Part shown: positions 55,293 through 64,000 of the stretch, piece after piece
Layout of the letters: each line of letters starts with the position of its first letter
How positions within the stretch are numbered: the stretch's first letter is position 1
Notes under the pieces: model-generated
Databases searched by the model: none
What the model saw: the letters and a program-made list of their open reading frames with translations, nothing else
What the model was told of the DNA's origin: nothing
Translations under genes and position numbers: made by a program
NCBI RefSeq assembly: GCF_963676685.1
Contig: NC_092350.1
Location: forward strand, 20,522,001 to 20,586,000
DNA from: Mytilus edulis
Taxonomy: Eukaryota
Direction of reading: 5' to 3'
DNA length: 64,000 nucleotides

Positions 55293-55915
55293 TATCCAGC
55301 GTCACAATCAGAAGAATGCTTCTTACTTGTGAATTATTTTAGACCAATGAACTGTGTTTTTACATAAATGATATTGAAATTACACGTGTGCTTTTAACTG
55401 CATAGTGTAGTAAATTGGTTGTCGTGCAGGAAAGACATAAGAAGGTATGTTTTTATTTGTTTATTGCACCATTTGTTTGTAGTTTAGTTCAACTTCACAA
55501 ATATAATAAAGCGTATTGGCTACGTATTATTTCAAGAGCAAACTTTGCCTAAATTAAACATGACAAAGTTGCATACAACATTATCTAAATAATTTATCAC
55601 ATTAAAAGTAAACAAGTAAACATGATAGGATGTTCGTACCTTGAGATATGTTTACAGATAAAGATAATTTAATTCCTTAAACGCAAAATTTAGTTTGATT
55701 TATACACCCATCAGGTAAATTTATATTATTTCTCAATCCTAAGTTTGGGTCAAATTATAACATACAATAGGTAGAGATTCATTATTTTCTCCCTAACTTT
55801 ATTTACATCGACATCTTTTTAACCCATAAAAAAACTAATGAAAACAATATGGTAGAAATATTGAATGATTCTTTATGTTTATTATGAAATTCAGTTGGAT
55901 TTTTTGTTATACAGA

Positions 55916-58719
55916 ATGCCTAGAATACTCATTCGTACGAGCTTGAAAGATGCAGATTTGCAAGATGACTTTGAAGACAAAGTAGCACAGAAAATTAGCG
56001 AGGTTCTTGAATATCCGTTAGAGGTAAGAGCAATTATGAAAAATCAAAGGTTAATTGAACGGTTTAGTTTATAAACACTATGACATGAAGACTTTTTTTA
56101 AAATATACTCAAGACCTGCACAATAAAATCTTATTATGATAGTAAAGAGTCTGAAATTCTACACATAGCAATGGAGTTCTTTGAACATTCAACCCTTCAA
56201 CCATACCAAGTTAAAATTAAAAATCATTTACATTATATGGTCCGAGACAAATATAGTCCCTATTGTTGACAGTGGGTTAATTGCCATTAACTTTTATACC
56301 CCCTCCGAATTTATTTCTCCATGTTTAATGCCTCATATTGCAAGTAGGGGTTTAAAATTACACTGTAGAAAAATTTGGGTCCAGAATTTTAAAGGAAAGT
56401 AGTGATTTGGTCTAGCTGAAAAAGGTTTAAAATTAGCACTTCGGAAGCTGTCAAAAGATTTCAAGACGCCCTAAACATAAAATTGTCCTTATTTTGAGTT
56501 AGACCCGATGAAGTTTTCTATGATTTTGATATAATTTGTCCCAAAAGTAGTACAACACACTGTAAAAATTTCATTGAAAAAGCGCAGGTGGGATTTTTTA
56601 AATTTTCATTTATATTCTAAAAGAAATGCACTACGAAATAATTGTGGTCTCGGACCATATGAAATTTCGACAGACGACAAAACATATGTGATATGTTTGC
56701 TTGTCAATATACCTACTAGGTTGACTTATCCCAATGGACATTTTAACATACAGATAATATAAAACAACGAATATCATCAGTCAGATGTTAGACAAGTATA
56801 AAGAAGATGACTTGGTATGATTGCCAATGAGGCAACTTTTCACAAGTGACAAAATGACACAGAAATTACAACTCTGGGTCGTTGTATGCAATATAACAAT
56901 GAATCCGAACAAAGCCCATACCTATAAGCCAGTTATAAAAGGCCCCGAAATGAAAAATGTAAAACAATTCAAACGGCAAAAACCAACAGCCTTATCTATG
57001 CCCCCCTCCCCCCAAACCAAAGGATATATGTATCTGTTTGTTAATTTTATAACAACAAAAGCTTTTTTTTTAATCTTGAAATCAGCGATACGTTATTTTT
57101 GTATCTTCTTTAACAACAAGAAAATGATACCTAAAAGGAGAATCAAAACTCAATAGCCGAAAAAACAAAACAACGGAAACCGTCCAAAAAACAAACACAA
57201 ATTTGTGGCGCCGTCTTGTTGTTCATGAATGCGCAAATGCGATTTGATTTTAATAGGACTTCTTGACTTTTAAAAATGTGTATAAAACTATAAAGTCTTT
57301 CATGGATCTACACAGAACGACTGTATTAACAATATCTATAGTGTACATTAATTTTGTTATTGCACTAGATATTGAATCGAAAACACTGAATTGAGCAAAT
57401 AAGTACGTCTAAAGTAAAATCGAAAAAATGCTGAACTCCGAGGGAAATTCAAAACGAAAAGTTACTAATCAAATGGAAAAATCAAAAGTTGTAACATCAA
57501 ACGAATAGATAACTGACATATTCCTGACTTAGTACAGGCATTTTTTTAAGGTAGAAAATTGTGGAATAAACCTGGTTTAATATATATTATAGCGTACGTA
57601 CTTTACTTTCAGTTGGTGTATATAAATGTATCAACAGGTAACAGGATGATAAATAATGGAAGGAAAACACCTATGATGTTTGTAGATATAGAATCAGTGA
57701 ACAGGTTTAATGAAAAAGTCAACGATGATTACACAAAAGTCTTTATTCCATTTTTTGCTTCATTACTGAATATGCCAACTAATAGGTAGTATTTTATTAT
57801 TTCATTGTTTAAAACTGTACAATATAAAATAAAAACAACTAAATATTGTAAATTAAAAAATATGTTAATGTATCTTAAAAACGTATTTATATATCTAGCA
57901 TAATTCGGTGAATATAAAAAAAGAAGATTTGTTTTGTACATTGATCAGGCCGTTAGTTTTCTTGTTTGAATTGAATTATTTTGTATTTGTCATTACTTGC
58001 CCTTTTAAAACTTACTTTATAGTATAAGTTTGTTTATTGTTAAAGGCTGCACCCTCTGTTCCATTGGTGGAGGGAGTTGTCTCATTGGCAATCATAACAT
58101 TGATTTCATTGATTTCGACTAACTTTGTTGTTGTGTTAATGTTTATTTGTCAAACTTCTCAAAACATGGTTTATTTGAATATGTATATGTAAAGAACAAA
58201 AATTCATCTGTGGAAAAAGAGTATTATGTTTACTAATTATGAAAAAGATAATCTTTACTAAACTTTGACTTATCAAACTTTGCTACATTTAAGCAAGAAC
58301 GTAAACATGTAAGTGCAAAACACACTATATCAATTATATATATATATAACTGAATGCAAAAAATGTAGACAATCTAATTTTAAACTGGAACGCAACACTG
58401 AAGATTGAAAAGCTTCCGAATAACGAGCCTGATTATGCTCAAGACACGTATGCTTCGTACTGTCATACATGTTTGTGTTCCTTGCATTAAAATTTCTGTT
58501 AGTCATACGTTTAATTGTAAGTCGATCAGTGGATGTTTATTAATTGGATGTTCATAAACAAAATGAAATGATGATCAGTTTGTTTGCATTATAAACTATG
58601 TTCTCTTTTCTTTCAGAATTGTTGTAAAATATCATGATGCAAAAGTTCCCGATTTCGGAGTCGTTAGACAAGCACCAGAATTCAAGAGTGCTGAACATTA
58701 TATAGCATTGAAAGAATAA
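55916..58719 (+). CDS. MIF/DDT-like protein 3 (127 aa); exons 55916-56023, 57613-57785, 58617-58719
   Basis: MPRILIRTSLKDADLQDDFEDKVAQKISEVLEYPLE|LVYINVSTGNRMINNGRKTPMMFVDI...NMPTNR|IVVKYHDAKVPDFGVVRQAPEFKSAEHYIALKE*. Exons of 108/173/103 nt; a possible 5'UTR exon donor lies at ~55444. Confidence 0.9.
56235..56660. mobile_element. TIR-bounded MITE in intron 1 of MIF-like 3
   Basis: 14-bp perfect TIR ATATGGTCCGAGAC / GTCTCGGACCATAT; no clear TSD. Confidence 0.55.
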
Positions 58720-59773
58720 TTATTCCATGACATGATCAGACATGGCTCAATGTTTTTAATTTTACAGGATTTAATGCATGTACTTGAACATTCATATTGT
58801 TTTTCTATAGAATAGAATTTTCCTGTTAATTGAGAATAACTGTAATAAGTCGATCACTAAAAAAAATATAAATTACAAATATTAATTAAAATAGCTGATA
58901 TTTGACGGACACACACTTTTTTTTATTGAGAGCGTTTTCACACATTTTTTTGTAGAGATCCATTATTGAAAAAAACTGAAACTTCGGTTCGAAATCAACT
59001 CAACGAAAATGAACGTTAAATTCATTTTGTATTGAGACCTATTTTGTTTTATAGATCCAATGTGTATTTTAAATTTGGCTTCTTAAAGTTTATATACCAA
59101 CAGTTACACCTCTTGCCAAAAAGGGGTCGTACTTTTCAGTTGTTCTTGAGTCCGATATTGTAGCTTGAAATTACTCCGGGTTTATTTTGGGAAACAGTGT
59201 ATTACGGATAAAAATCCTGGAATATAATAAACCAAAATTTCCAGATATGACAACATGATGTACTGACTCTAAAACACTAAAGTAACCAAAACTACATCAT
59301 ATAGTCGTGAAGATTAAGTGTTTTGATACTTGTTCGTGAGTTTTGTCAATAAAAGTTCATGTGAATACTTTGTAAGGTCATAACATTATAATTTCTTCTT
59401 TTTTGTTTTAAAGTTTTTAAAAAGCTTATATGTGAATTCTCGGAGTTCGATATTTTTGTATTTACCTTTAAACTTGAACGCCACAAAAAAAAGATATTGT
59501 CAGTGGATGATGCAAAGATAACAAATACGACTGTTTAATATGACAATGAAAATATGTATAAACATTAACATATTGAACATATAAATTGCATTGCAATTTC
59601 ATTTACTAAATGTGTCTATACGGCAAGAACATCAACAGCAAGTAAAAGAAGCACAATTCAACGGACTGCCATGCCGAGTAAAGAGGACATACTTGCTATA
59701 CTTGTTTGGACCTTTTGGATTATAGCTCTTCATCTTTTATATAAGCTTTGGATTTCATATATTTTGGCCACGA

Positions 59774-59817
59774 GCATTACTGAAGAGACATGTATTGTCG
59801 AAATGCGCATCTGGTGC
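59774..59817 (+). ncRNA. Type I hammerhead ribozyme, second sequence family, core intact
   Basis: gcatta-CTGAAGA-gaca-tgtat-tgtc-GAAA-T-GCGC-A-TC-tggtgc; stems I, II and III all pair; ATC cleavage triplet ending at 59811. Confidence 0.82.
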
Positions 59818-62800
59818 AAGAAAATTGGTACCATTAATGTTATTATTGAATCTATAATGTGTAAGCCGATGTTATACCAACTGCATATATTGTTTACATC
59901 AATTTTCCTTTGTCATTAGTATTTGATTTGATTTGAATTACAAGTACCGTGTTTTACTAACCATTGTTTTCTTTTAAAATAATGGTGTAGTCTTGTATAA
60001 TCATACGTATGCTAGGGTATAATGTAATAGTTATGCGACCATATATCATAATTACTTTACGTTTTCGTCCGTTTATTATCGGAATTTAACCTTTTGCAAA
60101 ACACGGCTGATAGTGAAATAAACTGTTAATAAAATAAAATGTCTGTCTTACTAGCATCGTTCAATTTGTTCTTCAATGAAAACAAAACTTAAACTTTGTT
60201 CCATTAAAAATCGATTACAAAATGGAAAAAAGTTGATAATAATTTCAGGATTCAAACTATGAAAGTTATTTTTATAACATTTATGGGAGGGGGTATTTTA
60301 TCAAAGTGACAAGCAAGGAAATAGAAACAAATCTTCTAAAATAGTATAAACGTCTAGGAGTTAGTTATAGTGCTCTCCATCATATTGATTTATTATTTTC
60401 CCAAATTGTTTGGTTAAGTGTTGGGGTGGCATTTACCCCTTTTCAACGGCTCCTACGCCCATACTACTAAGTTACTATAATCAAATAGATAAAGGCAGAT
60501 GTGGTGTGAGTGCCGATGAGACAACTCTCCATCCAAATAACAATTTAAAAAAGTAAACCATTATAGGTTAAAGTACGGCCTTCAACACGGAGAGTAGGAT
60601 AAATTTTTTTTTCTTCATATAAGCTGTTAAGTTGTAGGTTTACCCATTGTTCCCATATTATGGAAAGATTACTAATCTATTAAGTTTTGCTGTCTAGTTC
60701 CTTTATTTTTTAGGGAAGTTTAATGATTTTTGAATCCATATCCTAGATTCAGGGGTTGGTTATTTTTTAAAGATATCTTGTGTCATGCTTGAGTTAGTAA
60801 AAGACGTTGCCAGTCTTGACCAGGGGAGTTAAAAGTTCTCTAGTGTCCCTTGTCGGAACTAAAGTTCCTCCTTTTTAAGATGGAGGGGGGTGTTGTGTAA
60901 TTGCCCAGTAGTTCTAGGGGGTTTCCTCTGTCTGGTGTGATCTACTGGTAAAGAGCAGAGAGACCCGAATGGTGACGTGCATGGCCTGGTAGAAGACTGG
61001 AGAGCCCCGAATGGAGACATGACACAAGGGTCACGCTTGACCGGATACAGCCTCTTCTTGACCTGGATGATCACGATACAAAGCCTATCGAGAACTAGAC
61101 AAGATTAATCCCTGTAGGATACCAAGCCATAAGGTAAATATCTACACATATTTACACCTGTTACATACATAACCCTAGGGGTATACGTAGAGCCCAGATA
61201 GACAGGCCAAGTAACACTTTACTAAGTCTATATTATATAAGATGAATTTGAAAAAAGTGTGAAATTGACAATTGAGAGTCGATAGTGTAGAGGTGAAATA
61301 TTTCTAAAAGGGGTCATCCCAAAAGTGAGAATTGCATAATTGACTTTTAGGGTGCATTGTAAAAATAGCGTTTATAATACGACTAACAATAAGTGTAAAT
61401 ACAAATTTTTATGTAAGCAAATATTTGGGTAACAAACAATAATTTTATTTGTACATGAATGTCATTCCATATTGTCATTTAAAACATGATTTTGTGTTGA
61501 TTGCTTGGTTTGTTTGTTGGTTGATAAAGTGTGTGCCAAATATCAAGTGACAAGTTCTTTAACTCGACATATTAGTTGATTGGTTATTTGATTGATCGAA
61601 TGCGTTATTGATTTATTTGTTTACAGTTTGCATAGTGCAAGTGACGCAGATTTCTTTTAGACTAATTCATTGATGGATTGTTTGTGTGACCGGGACAAAT
61701 ATTTAAAGAACATTCCTAGATTCAACAATATGTATTCAAACAAATCATCACATGACAAGATAATATATTTGAAATTATTTTCTAGATTTCTGACATATGA
61801 AATGAATATCTAGGATTCAGAAACAAGCAAAGTTGCTTCTACAAAACTGTTTCGTAGCACACAAATAAGAAAACATAAGTATAGATATTGGCATGCTCTG
61901 TGATAAATATATGAATATGAAAAGAGTGAAAAATACATTTGAAAAACGTAATAAACATGAAATTTTGTATTGTGTACAGTGTGAAATGCTTTGGGTTTTT
62001 ATTGGATGATGGCGCAGTAAAACTTCAACGATAAAAACGTTTGCTTCCGATAATGTATTTCTGCACAAACTTCAATATCTGCCGTTGAGCTAAAAAGCAA
62101 CATAGTGGTGTCAACTTGGACAGGAATGACTGGAACGGAAGCTTATATTCCATGTCTAGATCGATGTATATTGTATAAGATAAATGGAAGTGAGAGTAGC
62201 TTTCTTAATCATAACAACTATTTTATTTCAAATAAGAAACAGAACGGCGACCACTTCCTCGATTAAGTACAAGATGACGATACTAATGAAACGAGCGAAA
62301 ACAAAAGGCGAGGGAATCTTAAACAACAAAGTTCAGACCCATTTCAATTTTGTTTTTGATAAAACAAAAATTACAAACACAACAAATAAATAAAACATAA
62401 TTCCTTATGATCTCTAGAAAAGGGAAATGTAAAGATGAATATTAAATGATATTTTAGGAGTGTGTAAATACTTGCATGTTGCCATTGAAATTTATAAAAG
62501 AAAATGATAGGGTATTTTTGATAAGGGAAAAAAATAGGGTGTTAAATCCGTGCATGTTCCTTAAAATTCCATGATTCAGATATCAATACACATTTGCACT
62601 GACTCGAACACCTATATTCAAAGAATCCATGCCCGACATCTTTTTTTTTCTCTTATTCCTAGAAGCATAGCTCCGCGTATTTTTTTTTTTTTTTAAATTT
62701 GTGCATTACATATTGGAAACTAGACATCACCATGATCACAGTAACTAATAATCAATTAATCAATCGATTTAAAATAGTTGTCTCTTAACGTTATGAAACC

Positions 62801-63177
62801 ATTCTCAACTATAAAAATCAACCAATCAAGCAAATGAACCAAGCCAATCAATTATGACTGCGAATTCAGTTGAATGAGACATGAAATATAATCTAAATGA
62901 ATACTAAAAAAACTTTTTATGATGACCCCTCATTTAAATGTTGCCAAACATCATGTAAGTTTAACTTTATATAGAGCTAGTCTTTAAATAATGATGATTG
63001 GTGAATTAGTAGTAAATTGGCAGGTCATATCAGGTTAATTAGTGTAAATGTGTATTCATGTGGTTTTTTTTTTTGTTTAAATGTACTTTAATCATTCTAA
63101 TCATTTTCTGTGCTTTATTTTGTAATTCATTTGATTGTATAGCTCAAATTTTGGGCACCATGATTGGTTAATAAAAT

Positions 63178-63220
63178 TATCTATCTAACTATCTATTTAT
63201 CTATCTATCTATCTATCTAT
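63178..63220. repeat. (CTAT)n microsatellite upstream of the USP gene
   Basis: About 10 imperfect tetramers. Confidence 0.8.
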
Positions 63221-63250
63221 ATAGAATGGACTTCGGTTAATAACATTAAC

Positions 63251-63266
63251 ACGGAAGTAAAATGGC
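63251..63266 (+). promoter_or_regulatory. ETS (CGGAAGT) and YY1-like (AAAATGGC) motifs at a housekeeping-type start
   Basis: acggaagtaaaatggc overlaps the USP ATG; motif match only. Confidence 0.4.
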
Positions 63267-63347
63267 AAGTGGTGGATGGGATTTAGAATCACAGAAGACC
63301 GAAATACGTGATCTTTTGAATACTCCTCTTGTGAAGGGCGACAAATG
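63262..63347 (+). CDS. USP15: First coding exon of a USP15/USP4-like ubiquitin-specific protease (start of the DUSP domain); the gene continues beyond the window
   Basis: MASGGWDLESQKTEIRDLLNTPLVKGDK(W) resembles the USP15 N-terminus MAEGGAADLDTQRSDIATLLKTSLRKGDTW; GTAAGA donor in phase 2. Confidence 0.82.
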
Positions 63348-64000
63348 GTAAGATAATGTTTTATTATCTATGATGCTTTCTATAATTTATTGTAACAAAT
63401 GTCTATTCACATCAGTGGGATATTATCAGTGATCAAATTTTAAAAATAAACTGTTCTTAGACTAGCATTTTCAAACGGAAAAGCATTTACTTGATATATA
63501 TATAGGCATGTATATTTTCAAACTTCACGCTTTACCTCGGTAATGGACAACTAAATAAATCTCTTTAAATGCCCTATTTGATATTTGCAAATTAAATAAA
63601 CTACAAACGTGTACGAAATTCATCCTTGTTTTGAAGAAAATAAGATGAAGGGTATTAAGGTTCATCATAACAAACGGACAAATATGGCTGTATTTACATG
63701 CTAAAAATTACTCTGAGTACAGACTTACCTGTGGAGTTGGAAAAGTTTGAATGCCTGGCATCCAGTAGATATAATAAAGTTAAATTCATTTTGTGTTTCA
63801 GAAAAATAAAATCTCTTTTGGATTTTGATGGGCATTTTTTTTCCTTCATGCATAAGGTGTGAAAATTAACTAAGTTGTGGTATAACTATGAGATGCTCCC
63901 TCAGGTAAAAACCGGTTTGTATTGTTTTGATTGTCCTTAATTGACATGGACAACAGGTAGCATAACAACTATAGGTGAGTTAAAGAGTTTATCTGAGTCA

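Noticed and set aside
60600-61260. Locally GC-richer block with a 71-aa ORF
   Set aside because: No motifs, splice logic or termini that I can support; probably a repeat fragment.

Overview
AT-rich, intron- and repeat-rich animal genomic DNA. The repeat families and hammerhead repeats suggest a bivalve, probably a mytilid mussel (inference). The ORF track misses most real genes because they are spliced. Reading splice sites by hand gives: the last two coding exons of a TMEM101-like gene (+); a complete 9-exon secreted CAP/CRISP gene with EGF-like and ShK-like C-terminal modules (-, 274 aa); three tandem, divergent MIF/D-dopachrome-tautomerase-like genes (+, 3 coding exons each); and the first coding exon of a USP15/USP4-like deubiquitinase. 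The rest is mostly mobile DNA: a CR1/L2-group LINE hit twice by the same Harbinger-type MITE, Penelope-like RT remnants, a 10.9-kb non-autonomous TIR element (TAT...ATA ends, 6-bp TSD, IS3EU-like) holding a 3 x 2148-bp tandem block, a solo LTR, Gypsy RT fragments, tRNA-SINEs and several MITEs. The most notable non-coding signals are (i) dispersed type I hammerhead ribozyme repeats (retrozyme-like, ~360-370-nt monomers) of two sequence families and (ii) a 59-bp tandem array that copies a real exon end plus its 5' splice donor about 21 extra times.
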